In this document: in pieces, positions 30,388 to 39,284 of the stretch
Layout: every line of letters starts with the position of its first letter
How positions within the stretch are numbered: position 1 is the stretch's first letter
From: Candidatus Eremiobacteria bacterium
GTDB taxonomy: Bacteria > Vulcanimicrobiota > Vulcanimicrobiia > Vulcanimicrobiales > Vulcanimicrobiaceae
DNA length: 64,000 nt
Reading direction: 5' to 3'
Assembly: GCA_963737065.1 (NCBI GenBank)
Contig: CAVTRC010000001.1
Coordinates: 1,600,001-1,664,000 of the forward strand
Program-made: the position numbers and the translations under genes
The notes under the pieces: model-generated
Seen by the model: only the letters and a program-made list of their open reading frames with translations
Told to the model about the DNA's origin: nothing
The model's database searches: none

Positions 30388-30702
30388 GGCTAACTTTTGC
30401 CTTATCGCGGCGTCAGCGGCCGGATCGTGGCCCCTAGGCCACTTCACCGGGCGGCTTCCTTGCGCTAAGGCAAAATTTAACCGTGAAGCTTTGGGGCCGG
30501 GTCGACGGGTTTTGCGTTGACCCGCACTTCGAAGTGCAGGTGTGGGCTAACGTTTGCCTTATCGCGGCGTCAGCGGCCGGATCGTGGCCCCTAGGCGACT
30601 TCACCGGGCCGCTTCCTTGCGCTAAGGCAAAATTTAACCGTGAAGCTTTGGGGTCGGGTCGACGGGTTTTCCGTTGACGCGCACTTCGAAGTGGAGGTGT
30701 GG
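30388..30702. repeat. 157-bp tandem duplication containing a long imperfect palindrome and the 3' end of the M23 gene
   Basis: Copies at 30388-30545 and 30545-30702 differ at about 7 positions. Confidence 0.92.
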
Positions 30703-31833
30703 ACCGGTGGAGTGGCCCGTGCTCCCGACTGCTCCGATCGCCTGGCCCTTCTGAACTTGCTGGCCTACGGAGACGTAGATCGCCGAGAGATGCCCGTAGC
30801 CGGTCGCTAAGCCGCCGCCGTGATCCAGAAGAATGAAGTTGCCGTATCCGCCGTACCATTGTGCGAGGATAACGGTCCCGGACGCGGCCGCCGTGACGGT
30901 CGTTCCCATCGGTGCGGCGATGTCGAGCCCCGGGTGGAAGTCCGGCGCGCCGCCGAAGGGATTCGAACGCCAGCCGAACGGCGACGTGATCGTGCCGGAA
31001 ACCGGCCACCCGAGCGAACCGGGGCCACTGCTCGGCGCTTCGCTGCCGGTGATGCCCGCCGCGCGCCGCTGCGCTTCCCGCTGCTGTTCCAGTTCTTGCT
31101 CGCGTTCGCGGATCAAGCCCTCGAGGTTCGCTTCTTCTTGCGCTGAGAGATCTTCGATTTGCGCGACTTGCTGCGCGACGTGACGCCGTTGGACGTCGGC
31201 GACCGCGACGAGATTGCGCCGTTCGTCTGCAAGCGTATCGAGTTGATTCTGCGCGCGCTGCTGCGCGAGTTCTTGTGCTTGCAGTTCTTGCTGCGTGCGT
31301 TCGAGATCCGACTGCACGTCGGTCACTTTCGCTGCCGCTTCCTTACGTTCGCGAACCGCTTTTTCGTTTGCGTCGATCAGCAGGCGAAGGTCTTCCCAAC
31401 GCTCGACGAATTGCGTGAAGCTGTGCGCGGAGAGCAGTACCGCGGCGTAGCTCAGGTCGCCGTTCTCGTAGATGTCGACCAGTCGTCGCTTCAATGCGTC
31501 GTCATGGAGCGCGAGCGATTTTCGCGCGGCATTGAGTTCGATCGTATTCCATGCGATCTTCCGGCGCGTCGACTCGGCTTGCGCATCGAGGTCACCGAGC
31601 CGCGCGTTGACGTCGTGAATGGCGGCGTTTGTCTGCTCCAATTGCGCTTGCAGGTCGTTCTCGTGCGATGCCGCTTGATTGAGTTGGACGCGCTTCTGAT
31701 GAAGCTGAGTTTGAAGCGCTTGACTTTTTTGTCGTTCGGCTTGAATGCGCTGCTGCAGCGACGTGCGCGCCTGCGTAAACGAAGGCAGCAGCCCGAGCAA
31801 CAATGCGAAGACGACAAATCGGCGGATGATCAT
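30634..31833 (-). CDS. Coiled-coil M23 peptidase / murein hydrolase activator (EnvC/CwlO-like)
   Basis: Signal peptide, long coiled coil, HPGLD, YGH, STGPHLHFEVR. Confidence 0.93.
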   Translation of the reverse strand: MIIRRFVVFALLLGLLPSFTQARTSLQQRIQAERQKSQALQTQLHQKRVQLNQAASHENDLQAQLEQTNAAIHDVNARLGDLDAQAESTRRKIAWNTIELNAARKSLALHDDALKRRLVDIYENGDLSYAAVLLSAHSFTQFVERWEDLRLLIDANEKAVRERKEAAAKVTDVQSDLERTQQELQAQELAQQRAQNQLDTLADERRNLVAVADVQRRHVAQQVAQIEDLSAQEEANLEGLIREREQELEQQREAQRRAAGITGSEAPSSGPGSLGWPVSGTITSPFGWRSNPFGGAPDFHPGLDIAAPMGTTVTAAASGTVILAQWYGGYGNFILLDHGGGLATGYGHLSAIYVSVGQQVQKGQAIGAVGSTGHSTGPHLHFEVRVNGKPVDPTPKLHG

Positions 31834-32786
31834 TGGCGGCGCTTGTCCTTGACGTAGGTGGATCCGGAGATCGACTTCGCGTACCGCTTCAGTTCCGCGG
31901 ACGCTTCGCCGACCTGAGCGTAATTGCTCAGTTGTCCGCGATCGTTCGAAACGATCGCAATCGAAAGCGACATGATCGGAAAACGATTGAGCGCACCGCG
32001 GCGGTCGCGCGTCTCGATGTAGCCGGCGCGTAGATCTTTCGCCGAATACAAACCGCGAATGTCGGTATCGAACTCGGAGATGATCTCTTTTGCGATTGCT
32101 TCGGAGCGATCGGCTTGCGTCAGCACGATGAAGTCATCGCCGCCGATGTGCCCGACGAAATCGGTCGGCGTTCCGCGCCGGCGCACGATATCGGTCGTGA
32201 TCCGAGCGATCAACTGGATCGCTTCGTCGCCGTGCGTGAACCCGTACACGTCGTTGAACGCTTTGAAGTTGTCGAGATCGAGATAGAGCACGGCGAACGG
32301 CTCGTGCGCGTCCAAACGCCGGCGCAGTTCTCCCTCGATCGCGAGGTTGCCGGGCAGCCGCGTGAGCGGAGAGAGTGACGAGTCGACTTCGACACGACGA
32401 ATCTTCGCGCGCACGCGCGCGAGCAGCTCTTGCGGACCGAACGGCTTGGTGATGTAGTCGTCGGCGCCGGCTTCGAAGCCGCGGAGTTTGTCGTCGGTTT
32501 CGCTCTTCGCGGTCAGGATGATGATCGGTACATTGGCGACGGCCGGATTGTGATGCGCGCGAATGCGCCGCGCAACTTCGTAGCCGTCCATATGCGGCAT
32601 CATCAAATCGAGCAATACAACGTCGGGTAAGACGCCCTCAATCTTCTGCAATGCCTCCGGCCCGTCGGCCGCCGTTTCCACACCGAACCCCGCGAGCTCC
32701 AAGTTCGTGCCGATGATTTTGCGCAAATTGCGGTCGTCGTCGACGACCAGCACGCGGTGACCAACGACTTCGGCCATCGTTCTCAT
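31830..32786 (-). CDS. Response regulator fused to a GGDEF diguanylate cyclase domain
   Basis: VLVVDDD, LDLMMP, KPF; DLDNFKAFND, GGDDF; ATGA overlap with the kinase stop. Confidence 0.92.
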   Translation of the reverse strand: MRTMAEVVGHRVLVVDDDRNLRKIIGTNLELAGFGVETAADGPEALQKIEGVLPDVVLLDLMMPHMDGYEVARRIRAHHNPAVANVPIIILTAKSETDDKLRGFEAGADDYITKPFGPQELLARVRAKIRRVEVDSSLSPLTRLPGNLAIEGELRRRLDAHEPFAVLYLDLDNFKAFNDVYGFTHGDEAIQLIARITTDIVRRRGTPTDFVGHIGGDDFIVLTQADRSEAIAKEIISEFDTDIRGLYSAKDLRAGYIETRDRRGALNRFPIMSLSIAIVSNDRGQLSNYAQVGEASAELKRYAKSISGSTYVKDKRRQ

Positions 32787-33820
32787 AGCGCGGCGCGCTC
32801 CGGGAGGCGCATCGTAAACGTTGCGCCTTCGTGCAAGCGGCTCTCGACCGAAACCGTTCCGCCGTGTGCGCGCGCGACCGATCGCACGATGTAGAGACCC
32901 AGGCCCGCACCGCCGGTGGCCGCGACGAGATTGCGCTCCGCTTTGTAGAAGCGCTCGAAGATATACGGCAAATGCTCCTCGCCGATACCGATGCCGCGGT
33001 CCTTCACGCGAATGGACGTCGCGTCCGGTTCGCGTTGCGCTTCCACGACGATCGTCGCGGTATCGGGCGAGAATTTCAATGCGTTCTCGATGAGTTGCTC
33101 GAGCGCGCGCGCGATGAGCTTCACGTCGCCGTTGACGTCGACACCGTGCGTGCGTCGTTCGACTCGCGACGACGCCGTCGGTCCGAGATGTTCGGCAACG
33201 ATATCGAGCACACGGTCGACGGGAACGTCTTTGCGTTCGCTGAGCAAGTGTTCGGCGTCGACACGTCCGGCGAGTAATAGATCGTCGACCGCCTTCGCAA
33301 GGCGATCGGCTTCGTCTTCGATGGTCGCGAGATACTCGTCGCGTTTCGGATCCGTTGCCAGCGGATTGTGAAGCATCGTTTCCGCGTACGCCTTGATCGT
33401 CGCGATCGGCGTCTTCAACTCGTGCGAAACCGACGTGACGATCTCGCCCTTGAGTTGCTCGATCGTGTCGTACGTGCGTTGGCGTCCAAACGATAGCAGC
33501 CAACCATTGTCGATCGTCAATACCGCCGCATGGATTTCCCGGCGGTGCTCGTCGTCGGTCCAGACCGCTATTTCTTGCGGAACGACCGCGAATCCAAGCG
33601 GCGGCTCCACGCGTGAAAAAATCTTATCGAGCGATTTGCCGACGGCTTCGACGCGCGGAATGCCCGTGACCGCCGCCGCTCCGGAACTCCACGCCGCAAC
33701 GGTGCCCTCTCCAGAGAGATACGCAATTCCGTCCGATACGAACTCTGCAAGCGCATCGAAATCGGCGTCGATGCGCAGGTGCGCCCTTACGTCCGTAGGT
33801 GCCGTCCGACCGAAATCCAC
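32783..33820 (-). CDS. PAS-domain sensor histidine kinase; start uncertain
   Basis: SHELKTP, ENALKFS, DRGIG, FERFY, GLGL. Confidence 0.92.
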   Translation of the reverse strand: MDFGRTAPTDVRAHLRIDADFDALAEFVSDGIAYLSGEGTVAAWSSGAAAVTGIPRVEAVGKSLDKIFSRVEPPLGFAVVPQEIAVWTDDEHRREIHAAVLTIDNGWLLSFGRQRTYDTIEQLKGEIVTSVSHELKTPIATIKAYAETMLHNPLATDPKRDEYLATIEDEADRLAKAVDDLLLAGRVDAEHLLSERKDVPVDRVLDIVAEHLGPTASSRVERRTHGVDVNGDVKLIARALEQLIENALKFSPDTATIVVEAQREPDATSIRVKDRGIGIGEEHLPYIFERFYKAERNLVAATGGAGLGLYIVRSVARAHGGTVSVESRLHEGATFTMRLPERAAL

Positions 33821-34668
33821 GACGCGATGACTCCGATGCAGCCGCCCACGAGCAGCAACTCTCCGACCAGCAGAGGGGCATTGACGACGCTTGCGTTCAA
33901 TTGCACCCACGGCACGGCCAGTAGCAATTTCGGCCATAGCATATAGCGCGCAACCGCGAGTACGGCGACGGCAATCCCCGAACCGATCAGACCGTCGAGC
34001 AGGCCTTCACAAATGAACGGTGCGCGAATGTACATATGTGTCGCGCCGACGAGCTGCATGATCGAAATTTCACGCCGCCGGGCGAAGACCGTCAAGCGAA
34101 TCGTGTTCGAAATGATGATACCGGCGACGAGCAGGAACACCGCGATCACGACGAGCCCGATGCGTCGCAGAACGCCGCCGAGTTGCAACAAGCGCTCGAC
34201 GACGGTCTGTGGATAGACGACGTTTCCGAGCCCGCGCATCTTTCGAACCTTCGCCGCGACGTTCGGAACCGAAACGGGATCGTGCACGCGCACGCGCATC
34301 TTATCGGGCAGCGGGTTCTCCGTGAGCAGCGACGTGTCGATGATGCCGTTCGTCTGCGTGCGCAGTTCCGCGAGACCTTCCTTACGCGGCACGAACTGAA
34401 CCGATGCAACGCGCGAGTCTTTGGCGAGCAGCGTGCGGACGGCGTCCTCTTGCGCGCTCGTCGCACCGTTCGCGAAATACACGGAAATCTCGATCTGGTT
34501 CAAAATGTCGTTGCCCAGACCGGCGAGCGTCGCACGTACAAAGAGAAAGGCGCCGAGGAGGATGATGGTGATCGCGACGGTGCCGATGGCCGTCGCCTGC
34601 ATTCCGGCGTTGCGCGTAAAATTGCGCAGCACCTCACCCAGAAAGAACTTGACCTTGCCCCAGTCCAA
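33787..34668 (-). CDS. ftsX: Cell division permease FtsX
   Basis: ENPLPD, NTIRLTVFARRREISIMQLVGAT, PFICEG; probable TTG start. Confidence 0.93.
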   Translation of the reverse strand: MDWGKVKFFLGEVLRNFTRNAGMQATAIGTVAITIILLGAFLFVRATLAGLGNDILNQIEISVYFANGATSAQEDAVRTLLAKDSRVASVQFVPRKEGLAELRTQTNGIIDTSLLTENPLPDKMRVRVHDPVSVPNVAAKVRKMRGLGNVVYPQTVVERLLQLGGVLRRIGLVVIAVFLLVAGIIISNTIRLTVFARRREISIMQLVGATHMYIRAPFICEGLLDGLIGSGIAVAVLAVARYMLWPKLLLAVPWVQLNASVVNAPLLVGELLLVGGCIGVIASWISVGRHLRT

Positions 34669-35344
34669 GATAGTAATATCCCCGCTCTTCGTCGGTAACG
34701 ATTTTGCCGTCTTCGAGACGCACGACCCGACGGCGCATGCGATCGACCACGGCTTGGTTGTGAGTCGCGACCACGACGGTCGTGCCTTTGAGATTGATGC
34801 GGAGCAGGAGCTCCATGATCTCCGTCGTGTTCGACGGATCGAGGTTTCCGGTCGGTTCGTCGCAGAGCAGCAGCTTCGGATGATTGACAAGAGCGCGCGC
34901 AATTGCGGTGCGCTGCTGTTCGCCGCCGGAGAGCTCGCCGGGAAACATGCGGCTCTTGTGCGAGAGGCCGACGAGATCGAGCGCTCGCGGAACTTCGCGC
35001 ATGATGTCTTTGCTATGCGCACCCGTTACTTGCATTGCGAACGCAACGTTTTCCCAGACGGTCTTATCGGCGAGCAGCTTGAAATCTTGAAACACGACGC
35101 CGAGATGGCGGCGTAGAGCGGGAATGCGGCTGCGCTTCAGGCGGTCGACACGGATACCATCCACAGTAATCTCGCCACTCGTCGGTACCGTCTCTTTATA
35201 AAGGAGGCGGAGAAGACTTGATTTTCCGGTTCCGGAATGGCCGACGAGGAAGACGAAGTCGCCCTTGCCGATTTCGAGACTTACGTTGTCGAGCGCGCGT
35301 ACCCCATTGGGGTAGATCAGCGAGACATTACGTGCTGAAATCAT
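34634..35344 (-). CDS. ftsE: Cell division ATP-binding protein FtsE
   Basis: GHSGTGKS, VVFQDFKLL, LSGGEQQR, DEPTGNLD; ATG at 35344. Confidence 0.95.
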   Translation of the reverse strand: MISARNVSLIYPNGVRALDNVSLEIGKGDFVFLVGHSGTGKSSLLRLLYKETVPTSGEITVDGIRVDRLKRSRIPALRRHLGVVFQDFKLLADKTVWENVAFAMQVTGAHSKDIMREVPRALDLVGLSHKSRMFPGELSGGEQQRTAIARALVNHPKLLLCDEPTGNLDPSNTTEIMELLLRINLKGTTVVVATHNQAVVDRMRRRVVRLEDGKIVTDEERGYYYLGLGQGQVLSG

Positions 35345-35392
35345 CGCTGTAAAAGGGGTTTTCCTGAGGCCACGGCCTATACCTCCGGTCGT

Positions 35393-36541
35393 ATGAATTT
35401 CGATCTGACCGACGAGCAGAAAGCAATCCAAAACCTCGCGCGCGAGTTTGCGCAAAACGAGGTAAAGCCGCGCGCTGAAGAGATGGATCGCGAGGAAGCG
35501 TTCCCATACGACCTCGTGAACAAGATGGCTGAGCTCGGCTTTATGGGTCTGCCGTTTCCAGAAGAATACGGTGGCGCAGGAGCCGACACGGTGAGCTACG
35601 CTCTCGCGGTCATGGAGATCGCACGTGCCGATGCATCGACGGCAATCACAATGGCCGCGCACGTCTCTCTCGGAGCGACGCCTTTCTATTTATTCGGCAC
35701 CGAAGAGCAGAAACAGAAGTATCTCGTGCCGCTCGCGCAAGGCAAGACGTTGTGGGGCTTCGGGCTCACCGAACCCAACGCGGGGAGTGATGCCGGAAAT
35801 ACGACAACCAAGGCCTCGCTTCTAAACGGTCAGTGGGTGATCAACGGAACGAAAGCGTTTATCACCAATTCCGGCACCGAGATCAGCGGCGGAACGACGA
35901 TCACCGCCGTGACCGGCACGCGTCCTGACGGAAAGCTCGAGATTTCCACGCTGATCGTGCCGCAAGAGACGCCGGGCTTCACGCGCAGCAAGAAGTATAA
36001 GAAGATGGGCTGGCGCGCGTCGGACACGCGCGAGCTCAGTTTCAACGATGCAACGGTTCCGCAAGAGAACTTGCTTGGCCCACGAGGCGAGGGCTATCGT
36101 CAATTCCTGACGATTCTGGACGGCGGCCGCATCTCGGTCGCTGCACTTTCGGTCGGCCTCGCGATGGGTGCGTACGACGAAGCGCTTCAGTATTCAAAAG
36201 ATCGCATCGCCTTCGGCAAGCCGATCAGCAAATTTCAGGCGATTCAATTCAAGCTCGTCGACATGCTGTGTGAAATCGAACATGCGAAGCTGATGATTCT
36301 GAAAGCCGCGTGGGAGAAAGATCACGGCCGCGACTACGTGCAAAGCGCATCGCTCGCAAAACTTTACGCCGGCGAGCTTTCACGCCGAGTCGTCAACGAA
36401 GCGGTGCAAATTCACGGCGGCTACGGATTCATGGACGAATATCCCGTCTCGCGCATGTACCGCGATCAAAAAATCAACGAAATCGGCGAAGGCACGAACG
36501 AAGTACAACGTCTCGTGATCGCACGCCTAATGGGGTTGTAG
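35393..36541 (+). CDS. Acyl-CoA dehydrogenase
   Basis: GLTEPNAGSD, NGTKAFITN, QIHGGYG, IGEGTNEVQR. Confidence 0.96.
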   Translation: MNFDLTDEQKAIQNLAREFAQNEVKPRAEEMDREEAFPYDLVNKMAELGFMGLPFPEEYGGAGADTVSYALAVMEIARADASTAITMAAHVSLGATPFYLFGTEEQKQKYLVPLAQGKTLWGFGLTEPNAGSDAGNTTTKASLLNGQWVINGTKAFITNSGTEISGGTTITAVTGTRPDGKLEISTLIVPQETPGFTRSKKYKKMGWRASDTRELSFNDATVPQENLLGPRGEGYRQFLTILDGGRISVAALSVGLAMGAYDEALQYSKDRIAFGKPISKFQAIQFKLVDMLCEIEHAKLMILKAAWEKDHGRDYVQSASLAKLYAGELSRRVVNEAVQIHGGYGFMDEYPVSRMYRDQKINEIGEGTNEVQRLVIARLMGL

Positions 36542-36567
36542 CGACAGAACTCCCAGTGTGAAGTGAG

Positions 36568-36765
36568 CCGAGCCGCGTGTCATCGTGATCCGAGCCGTGT
36601 GTCATCGTGATCCGAGCCGCGTGTCATCGTGATCCGAGCCGCGTGTCATGGTGATCCGAGCCGCGTGTCATGGTGATCCGAGCCGCGTGTCATGGTGATC
36701 CGAGCCGCGTGTCATGGTGATCCGAGCCGTGTGCGATGGTGATCCGAGCCGTGTGTCATGGTGAG
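36568..36765. repeat. Tandem array, 9 x 22 bp (CCGAGCCGYGTGTCATSGTGAT)
   Basis: Exact 22-bp period; no unique spacers. Confidence 0.95.
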
Positions 36766-36770
36766 CGCAG

Positions 36771-37130
36771 CAGTGTCATCCTGAGCTTGTCGAAGGATCG
36801 TCTCGCAGCAGTAGCGCTGGAAATGAAGCGCTACTACGTTTATATGCTGCAATGCGCCGGCGGTTCGTTCTATGTCGGTATTACGAACGACCTTGAACGG
36901 CGCATCGGCGAGCACGACGTTGGCTGGAATCCGGCGTGCTATACGCACGAGCGTCGCCCTGTGCGCCTCGTCTATGTGGAGGATTTCGCGAACGTCGATG
37001 AAGCGATTCGTTGGGAAAAGCAGATCAAAAAATGGAACCGGCTGAAAAAGATTGCACTGGCGAACGGTGACTGGGACGGCGTGCGACTGTTCGGGCACGG
37101 GCGTCCTTCGACAAGCTCAGGATGACACTG
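36771..37130. mobile_element. Candidate GIY-YIG/REP element: nuclease gene between perfect 27-bp inverted repeats
   Basis: CAGTGTCATCCTGAGCTTGTCGAAGGA at 36771-36797 and its exact reverse complement at 37104-37130; mobility is inferred. Confidence 0.65.
36823..37125 (+). CDS. GIY-YIG nuclease family protein (YhbQ/UPF0213-like), 100 aa
   Basis: YYVYML...FYVGITNDLERRIGEH...YT...AIRWEKQIKKWNRLKK. Confidence 0.93.
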   Translation: MKRYYVYMLQCAGGSFYVGITNDLERRIGEHDVGWNPACYTHERRPVRLVYVEDFANVDEAIRWEKQIKKWNRLKKIALANGDWDGVRLFGHGRPSTSSG

Positions 37131-37194
37131 GGGCGCTCAGGAGACACTTGGGGCGCTCAGGATGACACTGGGGCGCTCAGGGTGACACTGGGGG
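37115..37194. repeat. Tandem array, 4 x 20 bp (GCTCAGGATGACACTGGGGC)
   Basis: Units at 37115, 37135, 37155, 37175. Confidence 0.92.
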
Positions 37195-38235
37195 CCATGC
37201 GTTTGCGCCGGGTTGTAACCACTGCGAACCGTCGGCAAATAGGACGCGCCGGACGGAGTAGACGACGGCTCCGGCGCCGTTGAACGGATCGGATGTATCT
37301 GCCAATGCATTTTCGCCGTCGATGACACAGTTGTCGCGCGCGGAATCGACGTCGTGAACGTTTGCCGGGCCGCCGACTTCAACGCCCGGAGCAAACGAAC
37401 CGCGGAGACGAAGCGGTGCAACGCGCCGGATGAACCCCAGCGTATCGAGAATCTCAATGTCGACGTCGACTTCGTTTGCGACCTTTTGTCCGTTGTTCGC
37501 GAACGAAATGCACGCCAAGCCTTCGCTGCCGTCGTTTCGCACGGCAGCAAAACCGCGCGTAACGCGCACTGCGGAACCGCCCGAACCAAGCGTCGAAGCT
37601 GCGAACGTGAGGCCACGCCACGGCTCGGAAGGTGCGGGTTGCGTCGTGTGCGCGGTTGACGCATCGATCAGTGCTCCGACGACCGCCCACGGATTGACCC
37701 CGATGCTCACCGACGAACCGGAGCTTTGTGTCGTCGTGTCCGTCTCCGTTCCGTTCGCGGTGTTTGTGGTCGTTGTTTGCGACGAAGAACTAGACGACGA
37801 CGCGATCGGAATTTGCAATTCGGGGAGTACTGCTCCGAGCACGTTAAACGAATGCCGGCGCGGTGCAGGGGTCGGCGGATTAGTAGGCGCCGGCGCTGCG
37901 GCCGGTTCCGCTAGTGCCTGCACCGTGGCAGGCCACGGTCCGCGAAGGAGATTGTAATCGATCGCGTAGTATGGAACGCCGATTTGCGCGTCGGTTACGC
38001 CGAGCGCGTGCAACGCGCCGCGCCCGTGTGACTCCAGCCAGTACATCATCGCATCGCGTTCGGGAGGCGAGAGCTGCGCAACGCGTGCGGTAACCTGCGC
38101 GAGCGGCGACGTCCGTACGGCGTTCAACGCATCGAGCAACGCGGGTGACGGCGTCGCGTTTTGCGCAAGCGCAGGCGAAACCGAAAATGTCGAAAGGGCA
38201 ACGAGCAGTACCGAAAGCCTATAGAAGAGCGTCAT
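37177..38235 (-). CDS. Secreted hypothetical protein, paralog of 39281-40096
   Basis: GGAGG RBS, signal peptide; shares YWL..GR.AL.A.G.TDAQIG and GFAAVR.DG....C.SF.N with the paralog. Confidence 0.82.
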   Translation of the reverse strand: MTLFYRLSVLLVALSTFSVSPALAQNATPSPALLDALNAVRTSPLAQVTARVAQLSPPERDAMMYWLESHGRGALHALGVTDAQIGVPYYAIDYNLLRGPWPATVQALAEPAAAPAPTNPPTPAPRRHSFNVLGAVLPELQIPIASSSSSSSQTTTTNTANGTETDTTTQSSGSSVSIGVNPWAVVGALIDASTAHTTQPAPSEPWRGLTFAASTLGSGGSAVRVTRGFAAVRNDGSEGLACISFANNGQKVANEVDVDIEILDTLGFIRRVAPLRLRGSFAPGVEVGGPANVHDVDSARDNCVIDGENALADTSDPFNGAGAVVYSVRRVLFADGSQWLQPGANAWPPVSP

Positions 38236-38286
38236 CGTGTGCCTCCGCTGCCGTAGCGCATATGTCCGTACTGAAAATACCACGCA

Positions 38287-38676
38287 TCAGCTACCCGTGA
38301 TTTCTTCGTTCGTAGGGAGCAGCGTCCGATAGAGTTGCCAGGTGGGATCGTCGTTTGCTTGAATCGCGAACGGTTCCTCGACGGTCGACATGATTTCGTG
38401 CAACCGTGCGTCGTCGGCGCCGTACACGATCAGCGTGCGCGACCCGCTCATCGTTAGCGTTGCGACGAACAAGAAGCCGGCGGGCTCGAATCGCTGCTTC
38501 AGGCGTTCTTCCAGTTCATGAATCGGCTGGGGATCGGCGCCATCCTCGATGCGCCGCACGAGCAGGAATGCAAGCGGGCGCGAAGGGAGATCGCGTTCGG
38601 CTTGTATGCCGATATCGATGCTGATCGAAGCCGTCGCATCGTCTTGCGAACGAACGTAGGAGTACCATTGCGCCAT
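38287..38676 (-). CDS. Hypothetical protein (DUF695-like)
   Basis: W..Y......ASI..D N-terminus, ELEERL, DPTWQLY. Confidence 0.65.
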   Translation of the reverse strand: MAQWYSYVRSQDDATASISIDIGIQAERDLPSRPLAFLLVRRIEDGADPQPIHELEERLKQRFEPAGFLFVATLTMSGSRTLIVYGADDARLHEIMSTVEEPFAIQANDDPTWQLYRTLLPTNEEITGS

Positions 38677-38741
38677 GGGCCTAGACTTGGCGGCCCGGGC
38701 TCATTTAAACTTTTTTCATCCGTAGATCGGAGGATGCTTCC

Positions 38742-39284
38742 ATGATTCGTCGTGCTCTCGTAACGGCCTTCGTTCTACTTCTTGCCGCCGCGCCTGCGTT
38801 GGCTGCGCTTAAGGAGGGAACCAAGGCGCCGGATTTCACGCTGCAGGCCACACAGGGCGGAAAAGTCTTTCCGTTCTCACTTGCGGACGCGTTGAAGAAC
38901 GGACCGGTCGTGTTGTATTTCTATCCGGCTGCATTTACGCCCGGGTGTACGATCGAAGCGCACGAATTCGCGGATGCAATCGACGAATACACCGCGCTCC
39001 ACGCGACGGTCATCGGCGTATCGCACGATCCGTTGGACAAGCTGCAGAAGTTCTCGGTCAGTGAATGTCGCAGCAAGTTCGCCGTTGCCGCTGATAGCGA
39101 TCAAGCGGTTGAAAAACAGTACGATGCCGTTCTCGACAAGGCGCCTCAGTACGCGAACCGCACCTCATACGTGATCGCTCCCGACGGCACGATCATCTAT
39201 ACGTATACGAACTTGAAGCCCGATGACCACGTGAAGAACACGCTCGCCGCACTGAAGGATTGGGAAGCCAAAACGAAACCGTGA
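38742..39284 (+). CDS. Exported peroxiredoxin (BCP/PrxQ type)
   Basis: Signal peptide, YFYPAAFTPGCTIEA, RTSYVI. Confidence 0.93.
   Translation: MIRRALVTAFVLLLAAAPALAALKEGTKAPDFTLQATQGGKVFPFSLADALKNGPVVLYFYPAAFTPGCTIEAHEFADAIDEYTALHATVIGVSHDPLDKLQKFSVSECRSKFAVAADSDQAVEKQYDAVLDKAPQYANRTSYVIAPDGTIIYTYTNLKPDDHVKNTLAALKDWEAKTKP

Noticed and set aside
30388..30702. Diversity-generating retroelement TR/VR pair at the M23 C-terminus
   Set aside because: Differences between copies are mostly C/G changes rather than adenine-specific, and no reverse transcriptase is in the window.
36568..36765. CRISPR array next to a nuclease
   Set aside because: Units are contiguous 22-mers with no unique spacers, and there are no cas genes.
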